Assembly (NCBI GenBank): GCA_964416435.1
Contig: CAYQEG010000008.1
Coordinates: 7,120-71,119 of the forward strand
Source: an uncultured Rickettsiales bacterium
GTDB taxonomy: Bacteria > Myxococcota_A > UBA796 > UBA9615
Direction of reading: 5' to 3'
DNA length: 64,000 nt
The position numbers were made by a program, and so were the translations under genes. Every line of letters starts with the position of its first letter. Position 1 is the first letter of the stretch. Below the pieces are notes generated by a model, which saw only the letters and a list, made by a program, of their open reading frames with translations, was not told the DNA's origin and searched no databases. Below are positions 47,522-56,723 of this stretch, one piece after another.

Positions 47522-48516
47522 TTCCTCCTTCGCCGCTTCTCCGTGTCATCCGGAGTGTGACACGTTCCGCACAGCGCGTTTCCGCGGAGGGGTTTGCGCA
47601 TGTAGTCCGGCTCGAAGGTCCACGGCATGGGATCGGTATCCAGGGTCGCCGCTCTGCCTTGCAAGATCGGCTCCATCACCGACCACAACCAGGGGTCATC
47701 GAAGAGCGGCGTACCAGCCCACTCGGCCCGGTCCATCGCGGTCCGCTTGCTACCCGGCGGGTGGGGGTCGTGGCAGGTCCCGCAGAACACCTGGCCTTCG
47801 GGCGTCAGCGGCAACCCGCCGGCGTCGGCCCGGGCTCGCATGTCGTCGTCGAGGATCTGCAGGTGCTCGGCGCTCCCGGTGTGCCGGGTGTCCTCGTGGC
47901 AGCCGTAGCAGATCTGTACCCGGTCGACCTTGAGACGCTCCAGGTCGGGCTCGCCGTCCACGAGGTCGTGACAGAACTCGCAGATCGCGGTCGTGTCCCG
48001 CTTCTCTTCCATCGCGAGGTGTGGGTTGAAGCGCACCTCTTCAGCCGCCCCGTGACAGTTTTCGCACAGGTCGCCGAGGCTGGCGTAGGGACCGCCGCGG
48101 AAGAACCGGGGGTTCGCGGGATCCTGGCCGCCACCCGAGCACGCGGGCTCGTCGTGGCAGGTCAGGCAGGCCAGCTGACCGTCCGGCAGCGGGAACCCCG
48201 GGGGCACCCGGGCGAGGTCGCGCGGCACATCGGGCGCGGTCGCCCCCCGCCGATGCGCGTCGATGTCGACCTCGTGAGGGGCGCTGTCGTGGCACGAGCG
48301 GCAGGTGTCGTTGGCGGTGCCGGCGGCCCACGGGATGACCTCGGAGGTCGCGCCCGGCGAGGCCTCGGCGTGACAGGAGACGCATCGGTCCACCGCGAAG
48401 TGCGGATTGAGGCGGACCTCCCCCTGCTCGGGGGTGTCCGTCACGCCGGGCGACTGGGCCAGGGCGACGCCCGCGCACAGCATCGCGGCGAGGGCTCCGA
48501 GCGCGCGGCCGGTCAC
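47518..48516 (-). CDS. octaheme c-type cytochrome (paralog family A)
   Basis: GTG start overlapping the upstream stop (GTGA). Signal VTGRALGALAAMLCAGVALAQS. 8 CXXCH. Paralogous to 51495..52487 and 56724..57680 (shared ..TCH.EPAC..GGPY..C..CH block). The ORF-track extension to 49014 was rejected. Confidence 0.8.
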   Translation of the reverse strand: MTGRALGALAAMLCAGVALAQSPGVTDTPEQGEVRLNPHFAVDRCVSCHAEASPGATSEVIPWAAGTANDTCRSCHDSAPHEVDIDAHRRGATAPDVPRDLARVPPGFPLPDGQLACLTCHDEPACSGGGQDPANPRFFRGGPYASLGDLCENCHGAAEEVRFNPHLAMEEKRDTTAICEFCHDLVDGEPDLERLKVDRVQICYGCHEDTRHTGSAEHLQILDDDMRARADAGGLPLTPEGQVFCGTCHDPHPPGSKRTAMDRAEWAGTPLFDDPWLWSVMEPILQGRAATLDTDPMPWTFEPDYMRKPLRGNALCGTCHTPDDTEKRRRRK

Positions 48517-48821
48517 GGCGCCACCCCGTTGTCGCCGTGGCAGCGGGCGCATGTCTCGTACTCGCCATCCTCCGCCTCTTCGCGGATCGCCTCCAGGTCG
48601 AGGTCCGGCTCCAACGTGCAGTTGACCTGGTGGGTCGACTCCAGCGAGTGGCATTGCGTGCAGGCGTCGTTCCCCCAGCCCGCCTCGTGCTCCGACCGGG
48701 TCAGCTCCGCGCCACCGGGCCCGGCCAGCACGTCGTCGACCCCCGCGCAGGGATCGATGGCACAGCCGGGCATCGCCAGGACGACGATCACGCCGCAGAC
48801 GGCGATCGCGCGGCCTACCAT
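48513..48821 (-). CDS. small diheme c-type cytochrome lipoprotein (paralog family B)
   Basis: GGGAGG RBS. MVGRAIAVCGVIVVLAMPGC signal. CTQCH and CARCH. Paralog of 51193..51498. Confidence 0.7.
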   Translation of the reverse strand: MVGRAIAVCGVIVVLAMPGCAIDPCAGVDDVLAGPGGAELTRSEHEAGWGNDACTQCHSLESTHQVNCTLEPDLDLEAIREEAEDGEYETCARCHGDNGVAP

Positions 48822-49444
48822 CCTTGCCTCCCAGCCGGATCCGTGTGGCATTGGCGACAGGTGTCGCCCTGGTGGCAGTCCTCGCAGGAGACCGGGTCGG
48901 TGCGCGCGGCCATGCCGTGCAGGCTGAGCCAGTTCCCGTCATGCACGCCCGAGCCGAGGTCGTCCCGCCGGCTGTGACACCCGGCACACATCCAGCCGGT
49001 GTGGCATCCCGCACAGTGCTCCGGCTGGAGCACCGCCTCCCGCGCGTGGTCTCGCTTCCAGGCGAAGTGGTGACTGTCCGGGGGCGGCAGGTTCTCCGTC
49101 TCGTGGCAGGTTCGACACGGGCTCGGAGCCCCCAGCGGGTTGTCCTGCTGGTGGCACGTGTGACAGATCTCCTGCGTCGGGAGCAGCACGGAGTTCGCCG
49201 GATCGGTGAACGTCGGCCGGATCTCCCCTCCCGGAACCTCCGGCTCCTTCGTCGCGCCGATCGTGTGGCAGGGCAAGCAGATCCACCCCACTTCGTCCAT
49301 CACCGGCATGTGCACCCGGTGATCGAAGCGGTCGAAGATCTCGGGCAGTCGGTACTCGGGCTGCTCCGTCGTCAGCCGGCGCTGGGCCGAAGCGCAGGAG
49401 AGGAGGACCAGGGCGCCCACGAGCGTCCAACGGAGGCGGCTCAT
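48815..49444 (-). CDS. heptaheme c3-like cytochrome (paralog family C)
   Basis: Strong RBS GGAGGAAGGGAG before ATG MSRLRWTLVGALVLLSCASA. 7 CXXCH. C-terminal block ..GNWLSLHGMAARTDPVSCEDCH.. shared with 56014..56652. Confidence 0.8.
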   Translation of the reverse strand: MSRLRWTLVGALVLLSCASAQRRLTTEQPEYRLPEIFDRFDHRVHMPVMDEVGWICLPCHTIGATKEPEVPGGEIRPTFTDPANSVLLPTQEICHTCHQQDNPLGAPSPCRTCHETENLPPPDSHHFAWKRDHAREAVLQPEHCAGCHTGWMCAGCHSRRDDLGSGVHDGNWLSLHGMAARTDPVSCEDCHQGDTCRQCHTDPAGRQGW

Positions 49445-49939
49445 GCTCCCTTCCTCCACGCGACGACGTGCACCACCAGCCGGGCGTTGACCCGGAGGTC
49501 GTGTTGCAGCAGCGCGCTGCTGCGGTACTCGGCGCCGACCGCGATCTCGATCTGCCTCGCGGGCCGGATCGCCGCCTCGCCGAGCAGCCAGCCGGCGAGA
49601 CGCCAGGGTCTGCTGAGCTTGCGGTAGGGCACCACCTGGCCGACCAGGCGCAATCCGATGACGCGGTGGGGCACCCAGCCGAGCCGGCCGCCCACGGCGT
49701 GGAAGGTCCCGCCGTACGACGACGATCATGAAATCCCCCGGAATCCCTCATCGAGTGTGACCGTGATCATGTTGCGGGCCAGAATCGGGCGGGCCGCGCC
49801 CGAAGCTGACCTGGGTCATCGGCATCGCCGGGTCAGTCGTCACCGGTTCGGGCATGATCTCCGGCAGACGATGCTCCCATTTGGGACGATCGTCGTCGGG
49901 ACACCCCGCCGGCTCTTCGAGGGCCGGCACGGAGACCGA
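49445..49939. promoter_or_regulatory. divergent promoter region between two cytochrome operons
   Basis: About 495 bp between divergent starts at 49444 (-) and 49940 (+). Confidence 0.3.
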
Positions 49940-51196
49940 GTGAAGGTGCGCCAGGTTCTCCTCGCCGTCGCGGTCGGCCTGGTCGCGGCGATCGCGCAGC
50001 CGTCGCCGGCGTACGCCGATACGTTCCTCTATGGCCGCTCCACGACCAGCATCCAGCTCCGCGAGGACCTGGACGGGGTGGTCCGGGCGCCCCTGTACGA
50101 GACCTTCCACGGCGGCCTGAGCTACGACCTGGGCGCCGATCTGCAGCTCTCCAGCCTGGCCCTCGTCAAGCTGGGGACGGTGCTCGGGCACCCCGGCGGC
50201 ACGGTCGACCTGTACCTGCTCAACGTCGGCCTGCACCGCTACCGCGGGCGGCTTCGCCTGGTCGGCGGACGGCAGCTGCTGCGCACCGCCCGCGGGGTCC
50301 GGATCGTCGACGGCGTCTCCTTCCGGCTGCACCCGGCGGCGGCGATCTGGATCGACGCCGCGGCCGGCTGGCTGCGCGACATGGAGCTCGACGACTTCTC
50401 GGGCGGCTCGATGCTCTTGCAGGGCGGCGCCGGCCTGTCGCTGCTCCGCGGCACGCTGCTCGGCGCGCACGTCGGCTTCCGCGCCGGGCCGACGACCACG
50501 CCCCGGCTCGACGCCCGGCTGTCGGCCGAGGCGGTGCTCCCCGCCCCCTGGGCCCCCAAGCCGTGGATCGACGCGTCCTTCCGGCTGGACGCCGGCGGGC
50601 TGCGCAACGTCCGCGGCGGCGTCGTGCTCACGCCGATCCACCTCGTCGAGCTCGAGGTCCGCGGCCGGGTCGACCAGGTCGTCGACCACGACGGCACGCT
50701 GGCCCGCCGGATCCTCGCCGACCTGACCGACTCGCCGGTCGCCAGCCTGCAGGGGATCGCCACGCTCAAGGTGCGGGGCGGGTTCAGCGCGACCGCCAGC
50801 TACCAGGCGTCGCACTACCGGGTCGGGGCCGACCTGCCGAACCACGGCCACGGCGCGGACGTCGATGTCCGGCTGCACCGCAGCGGCTTCGGCGTCAGCG
50901 GCGGGTACGTGTTCCGCAGCTCCTACGGGGGGCTCTATCACTCCCTGGGCCTGGACGCGTACCTCCAACCGCACCGCGCGGTTCGGCTGGAGGCAGTCGC
51001 GCGCGCGATCCCGTTCCGCAAGGTGATCGGCCCCTGGGGGCTCGCTCAGTGGTACATGGCGCAGGTGTCGGTACATCCCAACGAGCACCTGCAGATCGTC
51101 GTCGGGGGGGAGTACCGCGCCGGAGCCACGCTCCAGCACGACCTCCGCCTCAACGCGTCGGTGACCCTCGTGGGCCGCCTGAGGAAGCGCGGATGA
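49940..51196 (+). CDS. secreted beta-rich protein, candidate outer-membrane porin-like component (paralog family D)
   Basis: GTG start with GGAG RBS. Signal VKVRQVLLAVAVGLVAAIAQPSPAYA. Alternating hydrophobic/Gly/Arg pattern. Paralog of the partial gene at 63174. Confidence 0.6.
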   Translation: MKVRQVLLAVAVGLVAAIAQPSPAYADTFLYGRSTTSIQLREDLDGVVRAPLYETFHGGLSYDLGADLQLSSLALVKLGTVLGHPGGTVDLYLLNVGLHRYRGRLRLVGGRQLLRTARGVRIVDGVSFRLHPAAAIWIDAAAGWLRDMELDDFSGGSMLLQGGAGLSLLRGTLLGAHVGFRAGPTTTPRLDARLSAEAVLPAPWAPKPWIDASFRLDAGGLRNVRGGVVLTPIHLVELEVRGRVDQVVDHDGTLARRILADLTDSPVASLQGIATLKVRGGFSATASYQASHYRVGADLPNHGHGADVDVRLHRSGFGVSGGYVFRSSYGGLYHSLGLDAYLQPHRAVRLEAVARAIPFRKVIGPWGLAQWYMAQVSVHPNEHLQIVVGGEYRAGATLQHDLRLNASVTLVGRLRKRG

Positions 51197-51498
51197 GGGC
51201 GCTCACCATCGCCGCCCTCCTGGCCCTGGCTTGCACCCTCGCGGCGTGCAGCTCCGATCCCTGCGCCGGACGCGGGGACATGATGGAGAGCCCCGGCGCG
51301 CTGGAGGTCACCGAGGACGAGCACCCCGCCGGGTGGGGCAGCGATCAGTGTCTGCAGTGCCACTCCCTGGAGACCACCCACCGGGTCCGCTGCAGCTCCT
51401 TCGAAGACCTCGACATCGCCGCCGTCCGCGAGCAGGCGGCGCCGGGGAACGACGCCTGCGGCGATTGCCACGGGACCAACGGTCTGGAGGGCGCGTGA
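51193..51498 (+). CDS. small diheme c-type cytochrome lipoprotein (paralog family B)
   Basis: ATGA overlap with the upstream gene. MRALTIAALLALACTLAACSS. CLQCH, CGDCH. Confidence 0.7.
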   Translation: MRALTIAALLALACTLAACSSDPCAGRGDMMESPGALEVTEDEHPAGWGSDQCLQCHSLETTHRVRCSSFEDLDIAAVREQAAPGNDACGDCHGTNGLEGA

Positions 51499-52487
51499 TC
51501 GTTCGACCGACCGGCGTCCTGCTCATCGCGTGCGGCCTGGCGATCGCGATCGCCCTGGCGTCCCCCACGCGGGGCGCCGCCCAGGACGACGCCGCCGAAG
51601 AGGTCCACGGCGCCACCGAGGGGGTGGACAACCCCCACGGGCGCGCCGACGCCTGCTCCTCGTGTCACGAAGCGACCGACGCCGCCGACGTCACCACCCC
51701 GGCCTCCCTGGAGGCCGCCGTCTGCCGCGACTGCCACCCCCGCGACCGCATGTACCTCGGCTGCCTCGAAGAGAAGGCCCACCCCATCGGCCAGGAGCTG
51801 AAGACGGCGACGGTCCCGGCGGACTGGCCGCTGCTCGACGGGACGATCACGTGCGCCACGTGCCACGCCGAGCCGGCGTGCGACAGCGACCGCAACCCCG
51901 AGCCGCCGTACCACCGCGACGGCCCCTACCTCGTCGAGTTCTCGCTCTGCTGGCAATGCCACGAGGCCGACACCGTCGAGCGCAGCAATCCCCACCGCCC
52001 CGACGAGTGGCGCAAGGCGGACCGGAGCTGCACCGCGTGCCACAGCGGGTTGCCCGACCCGGGCGTGCCCCCGGCCCAGTCGCGGCTCCGCGGCCCCGAG
52101 GCGGAGGTCTGCGCGACCTGCCACCCGGTGCCGCTGCACCTGGGATCGGCGGCCCACCTCGGCAAGCAGGTGGAGGACTTCGACCCGACCTTCGCGGCCG
52201 GCCTGATCGCGCTGGACGAGGAGGGCCGGATCTGGTGCTGGACCTGCCACGAGGTGCACGGCGACGGCGATCGCATCCCGCCGGACCTGCCGCCCCCGCC
52301 GGTGGCCGAGCAGCGCGAGCTGCGGAGCGGCTACCGGAGCCTCCCGGGCCCCGACGTGCTGGGGGAGCTGCGCCAGGACCGGGTGCTCGACCCACCCGAG
52401 CCCGGCCCGGACTACCAGCCCCTGCTCGCCCTGCCCGCGGACGACGGTTCCCTGTGTCGCGCCTGCCACGGGGAGGGACCCCGATGA
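51495..52487 (+). CDS. octaheme c-type cytochrome (paralog family A)
   Basis: GTGA overlap. VIVRPTGVLLIACGLAIAIALA signal. 8 CXXCH. Confidence 0.8.
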   Translation: MIVRPTGVLLIACGLAIAIALASPTRGAAQDDAAEEVHGATEGVDNPHGRADACSSCHEATDAADVTTPASLEAAVCRDCHPRDRMYLGCLEEKAHPIGQELKTATVPADWPLLDGTITCATCHAEPACDSDRNPEPPYHRDGPYLVEFSLCWQCHEADTVERSNPHRPDEWRKADRSCTACHSGLPDPGVPPAQSRLRGPEAEVCATCHPVPLHLGSAAHLGKQVEDFDPTFAAGLIALDEEGRIWCWTCHEVHGDGDRIPPDLPPPPVAEQRELRSGYRSLPGPDVLGELRQDRVLDPPEPGPDYQPLLALPADDGSLCRACHGEGPR

Positions 52488-55018
52488 CGCGCGCGGCCCG
52501 CCTCGCCGTCGTCGCCCTCGGGCTGGCCCTCGCCGGCTGCCCCTGGGGCCCGGAGCCGCTCCCCGAGCTCCGGGACGGCGCCCCCACGGTGGACGCGGCC
52601 CGCCTCACCCGCGTCAACCTGGACACCGTCTTCGCCAGTGACCTGGTCGCGCTGCCCGGGGGGCGCTTCGCGGTGCTCGACGGCAAGCAGCTGCGGCTCC
52701 ACGTCGGGGCCGAGGAGGGGGCCCTCGAGCAGATCGACGGCGACCCGGCGTGGGGCGCGCCCCTGAGGATCGCGAAGTCCGCCGACGGCTGGCTGCTGCT
52801 CGACGCCGGCGACCGGGAGCGCCTCTCCGCCTTGACCTGGGTCGGCCAGGACTGGACGACCGCAGAGCTGCTCGGCCCGGACCCCGACGGAGCGTTGGAC
52901 CCGCCGCTCAGCCCCACCTGCGGCCTGGACCTGGGGGACCAGGTGGTCATCGGTGATCGGTTCGGCCGGATCGTTTGGGTCAACCGGGCCGACGGCTCGG
53001 TCACCCGGATCGTCGCGCTCGATCGCGACGACGAGCCGATGGGCTCGATCACCGACATCATCGCGCTCCCCGGCGGCGGCTGGGCGGCGGTCGACAGCCT
53101 CGGCCCCTACGTGCACCTGCTCGACGCCGAGGGACGCCCGACGGGCCGCTTCGGACGGTACGGGCTGTGGGCCGGCACGATGAAGAAGCCGAAGTCGATC
53201 GCGCTGTACGGTGACGACATCTTCGTGGTCGCCGACTCGGCCCTCGGGGTGGTCCAGCTGTTCACGGCCGAAGGGGAGTTCGTCGGGCTCGTCGCGGTCG
53301 ACGGAGAGCCGCTCCGGCTGGGGCACCCCCTCGCGGTGCGCCGCGCGCCGGACCAGCCCCACCTGTACTACGCGCTCGACGCCGATGGAGGCAGCGTCGT
53401 GCGTTTCTGGCTTCCCCGCGAGACGGTCGACGCGGCGGTCGACCTGCTCGGCACCCGCTACCTGCGGATGCCGCTGGTGGACGCCGAGCGCGACACCGTC
53501 GGAGTCGGCGGACACAACTGCAAGCAGTGCCACGACGGGTTCCTGTCCAGCGTCTGGAGTGGCTGGGACCTGGGTCGTGAGTCGCACCCGGTCGACATCG
53601 CCCCGGAGAAGGCGGTGCCGCCCTTCTTCCCGCTGCGCGACGGCGAGATCACCTGCGACACCTGCCACAGCCCCCACGGCACGGTCGGCCTCGACGCCGC
53701 GATCCGCTTGGAGCACGGCGACGACGCGCTGGAACTCGAACGGGCCCACCCGGCGGACACCTTCACGCGCATCTCCGCGGAGAACTCCGATATCTGCATC
53801 GCCTGCCACTCGGACAACGCCCACCAGGCCCAGGTGGAGCGAGCCGGTGGCGGCGACGGGAGCGCTCACCCGACGGGCCGGGAGCTGCTCGCCGCGCTCG
53901 ACACCGTGGTCGGCGAGGCGACGTCGGGGGACACCGCCACGGATTGCCTGTCCTGCCACACCCCCCACGGGGGCACGACGGAGCCGCTGCTCCGGTCACT
54001 GGACGACGGTGCGCTGTGCGCTTCGTGCCACGAGCGGCAGGCCCGCACGCGGACCAACCACCCCCTCGGCCAGCGCCCCGGCGACGACGTCCCGCGGCCG
54101 GACCGGCACGCCAAGTTGACCCTCGCCCGGGGCGGCGGCGTGCTCTGCCGCACCTGCCACCAGCTCGTCGGCGGCACGGGCGACGCGCTGCTGCGTGAGC
54201 CGGCGAACGGCACGATGCTGTGCCTCGCCTGCCACGACGACCGCAAGGGCGTGCCGACGTCGCGTCACGGTCGGGTCCGCGGGGCTCAGGGCATCCCCTG
54301 CCTGGGCTGCCACGACGTGCATGGAGGCCACGCGGACCAGGAGATGCTGCGCACCCGGAAGCACGCCAGCGACGGAGATCCCGACGGCTGCCTGGGCTGC
54401 CACGGTCCCGACGGCCGGAATCGCTCCCGGACCGCCCGCCCGGGCGAACGAGGTCACGCGGTGCCCGTGAGCGCCGCGGGCATGGATCCGGTCGAGGACT
54501 GCGGGACCTGCCACGACGCCCACCTCGCCGACATCCCCAAGGTGGACGCGTGTGGCGACTGCCACGCCGACCAGCAGGTCGAGCAGGACCGCGGGGGCCA
54601 CGGTCGCGCGGTGTGCGTCGACTGCCACCCGGCCCACGAGGACGCCCCGCGCGCGCGCAACATCAAGGCGAACCCGATCTCCCAGCGCTGCCTCGGCTGC
54701 CACGCGACGATCGTTGACGCCGGCCCCGAGACCCCTCGGGTCTCGTCCTACGAGCATCCCGCCCCGGTGTTCGCGCCGGACGGCGAGCGCTGGAAGCCGC
54801 TGGGCAAGCTGCCGCTGTTCGCTCCCGACGGCTCGTTGGTCCCCCCGGGGACCAACGGCGACCTGACCTGCGCGACCTGCCACCGGGTGCACGGCCCGGA
54901 TCCGGACGAGGCGCTGACGGGCCTTCGGCGACCGGAGTGGCGGGAGCCCTGCACCGCCTGCCACGGGGCCGAGGCGATGCCCTTCTACCTCTACTTCCAC
55001 GAGCCGGACCGACGATGA
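52484..55018 (+). CDS. NHL-repeat beta-propeller fused to multiheme (about 15 CXXCH) c-type cytochrome (paralog family E)
   Basis: ATGA overlap. Lipoprotein signal LGLALAGCP. NHL-like repeats (..IVWVNRADGSV.., ..IFVVADSALGVVQLF..) in the N-terminal 330 aa, then dense CXXCH. Confidence 0.8.
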   Translation: MTRAARLAVVALGLALAGCPWGPEPLPELRDGAPTVDAARLTRVNLDTVFASDLVALPGGRFAVLDGKQLRLHVGAEEGALEQIDGDPAWGAPLRIAKSADGWLLLDAGDRERLSALTWVGQDWTTAELLGPDPDGALDPPLSPTCGLDLGDQVVIGDRFGRIVWVNRADGSVTRIVALDRDDEPMGSITDIIALPGGGWAAVDSLGPYVHLLDAEGRPTGRFGRYGLWAGTMKKPKSIALYGDDIFVVADSALGVVQLFTAEGEFVGLVAVDGEPLRLGHPLAVRRAPDQPHLYYALDADGGSVVRFWLPRETVDAAVDLLGTRYLRMPLVDAERDTVGVGGHNCKQCHDGFLSSVWSGWDLGRESHPVDIAPEKAVPPFFPLRDGEITCDTCHSPHGTVGLDAAIRLEHGDDALELERAHPADTFTRISAENSDICIACHSDNAHQAQVERAGGGDGSAHPTGRELLAALDTVVGEATSGDTATDCLSCHTPHGGTTEPLLRSLDDGALCASCHERQARTRTNHPLGQRPGDDVPRPDRHAKLTLARGGGVLCRTCHQLVGGTGDALLREPANGTMLCLACHDDRKGVPTSRHGRVRGAQGIPCLGCHDVHGGHADQEMLRTRKHASDGDPDGCLGCHGPDGRNRSRTARPGERGHAVPVSAAGMDPVEDCGTCHDAHLADIPKVDACGDCHADQQVEQDRGGHGRAVCVDCHPAHEDAPRARNIKANPISQRCLGCHATIVDAGPETPRVSSYEHPAPVFAPDGERWKPLGKLPLFAPDGSLVPPGTNGDLTCATCHRVHGPDPDEALTGLRRPEWREPCTACHGAEAMPFYLYFHEPDRR

Positions 55019-55128
55019 AGACGTTCCGAATCGCCCTGTTCGCCTTCCTGGTCGGCTTCCTGCTGGTCGCGATCGGCCTGTCCCAGACGATGTTCCTCTG
55101 GAACGCCTGGCACCACGGGGGGTTCTGA
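55015..55128 (+). CDS. small hydrophobic membrane peptide (37 aa)
   Basis: ATGA overlap with the upstream gene. MKTFRIALFAFLVGFLLVAIGLSQTMFLWNAWHHGGF. The downstream GTG start lies 2 nt after its stop. Confidence 0.35.
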   Translation: MKTFRIALFAFLVGFLLVAIGLSQTMFLWNAWHHGGF

Positions 55129-55129
55129 C

Positions 55130-56017
55130 GTGCGGCGACTGTTCCGCTGGCTCCTGGAGCAGGCGAGGGAGACCTGGACCTACCTGCTGGAGCGCCCCGC
55201 CCGACTCGGGGTCGTGTTGATCGCGCTGGCCCTGGGCAGCCTCGCGGGCATGCCGGTCGGCCAGGAGGTGTTCCGCTACACGTGGTCGGACGCCCGCTTC
55301 TGCGACGACTGCCACACCCACGACTACGCCAACGAGGCGTGGTCCCGGTCGGTGCACGCCAAGCTCACGACCTGCCACGACTGCCACCGGGTCCCGATCC
55401 GTCACTACCCGAAGAACCTGTGGGTCACCGTCGTCCGCAAGCCCAGGAGCCAGGACGACATCCACCGCCCCGACGTCGCCACGGTCATCTGCGAGCAATG
55501 CCACGCCGAGTCCGGGGCGGACGAACCGTTGACGGGGCCGCTGCCGAGCGAGCTTCGAGGGCAGGTCGTCAAGATCGACCACAGCCCCCTGCACAAGGTC
55601 CACCTCGAGGCGGACAGCCGCGAGCCGGGGAGCTACCGCGGAGGCGGGCACGGCGACGAGCCCCCGGAGGGTGGAGCCCACGGCGAGGAGCCCGGCGAAG
55701 CCGAAGCCCCCGGGGGAGAGCACGGCGAGGAGCCCGAAGGGTCGGGCCACGCCCCCGACGAGCAGGGGGGCGGGCACGGCGCGGGACACGGCGACGGCCA
55801 CTTCACGGGCCCGATCACCTGCATGGACTGCCACGGCTCGGACGACAACCGCGCCCACCAGTTCCAGGCGAGCCGAGCGAACTGCCTGGAGTGCCACCCC
55901 GATCAGGCGCTCGTGGGGGAGCGGATGCAGGTCCTGTCGTGCCGTGAGTGCCACTTCGCCGGCTTCCTGAGCCGAGATGCCCACGCTGGTCCTCCTCTCG
56001 CCGGGGGGCACCCTTGA
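55130..56017 (+). CDS. NapC/NirT/NrfH-like membrane-anchored multiheme cytochrome (6 CXXCH) with His/Glu/Gly-rich linker
   Basis: N-terminal TM helix GVVLIALALGSLAG, then CDDCH, CHDCH, CEQCH, CMDCH, CLECH, CRECH. Confidence 0.7.
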   Translation: MRRLFRWLLEQARETWTYLLERPARLGVVLIALALGSLAGMPVGQEVFRYTWSDARFCDDCHTHDYANEAWSRSVHAKLTTCHDCHRVPIRHYPKNLWVTVVRKPRSQDDIHRPDVATVICEQCHAESGADEPLTGPLPSELRGQVVKIDHSPLHKVHLEADSREPGSYRGGGHGDEPPEGGAHGEEPGEAEAPGGEHGEEPEGSGHAPDEQGGGHGAGHGDGHFTGPITCMDCHGSDDNRAHQFQASRANCLECHPDQALVGERMQVLSCRECHFAGFLSRDAHAGPPLAGGHP

Positions 56018-56652
56018 GACTCCGCCTCCCCCGGGCGCTCCCGGCGCTGCTCCTCGTGCTCGCCGTCGCTGGTGGCTGCGCCGCCCTGCAGCGCCAGCCG
56101 GCCACGGTGGACGACGACACCCGCCTGAACCGGATCTTCTCGCGGTTCGAGCACGCCCGGCACGACGCCGCCCTGGAGGTCGCCGGCTGGCAATGCAGCG
56201 ACTGTCACTACGTCGGCGCGGTGATCGAGGGGGAGCCGGACGAGACGCTGGAGGTCGAGCTCGACCGGGTGCTCCTCCGGCCTCCCGCCAGGACCTGCCA
56301 CTCCTGTCACGAGCGCTCGGAGGCGACCCAGCTCGCCACCGCGACCCGGTGCCGCCTCTGCCACGAGGAGGGCGACCTGCCGCTCCCCGAGACCCACACC
56401 GCCAGCTGGGTCATCCAGCATCAGCGCGACGCCATGCTCGAGCCGGAGAGCTGCTACGACTGCCACGAAGGGCACCGCTGCGTCCAGTGCCACGTCTACC
56501 GGGACCAGGTCTCCCACGACACCCACGACGGCGCCTGGCTCAGCGTGCACGGCATCGCCGCGCGCACCGACCCGGTCTCCTGCGACCGCTGCCACGAGGG
56601 CCAGTCCTGCCAGGACTGCCACTCCAGCTCGCTGGGGCGCGACGGCTGGTAG
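56014..56652 (+). CDS. heptaheme c3-like cytochrome lipoprotein (paralog family C)
   Basis: Putative TTG start overlapping the upstream TGA. Lipobox LLLVLAVAGGCAA. 7 CXXCH. C-terminal block shared with 48815..49444. Confidence 0.7.
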   Translation: MRLRLPRALPALLLVLAVAGGCAALQRQPATVDDDTRLNRIFSRFEHARHDAALEVAGWQCSDCHYVGAVIEGEPDETLEVELDRVLLRPPARTCHSCHERSEATQLATATRCRLCHEEGDLPLPETHTASWVIQHQRDAMLEPESCYDCHEGHRCVQCHVYRDQVSHDTHDGAWLSVHGIAARTDPVSCDRCHEGQSCQDCHSSSLGRDGW

Positions 56653-56723
56653 AGAACCCCCGAACCTGACCGTCGCCACGGTCCCTCGGGGAGCACGGCA
56701 CGAATCTGGCACACCTCGGCCCT

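Noticed and set aside
47518-49014. N-terminal 165-aa extension of ORF 47518..49014, and the extension of 48815..49729
   Set aside because: The extensions read through the upstream cytochrome genes in another frame. The true starts are fixed by signal peptides, RBSs and GTGA coupling (48516, 49444).
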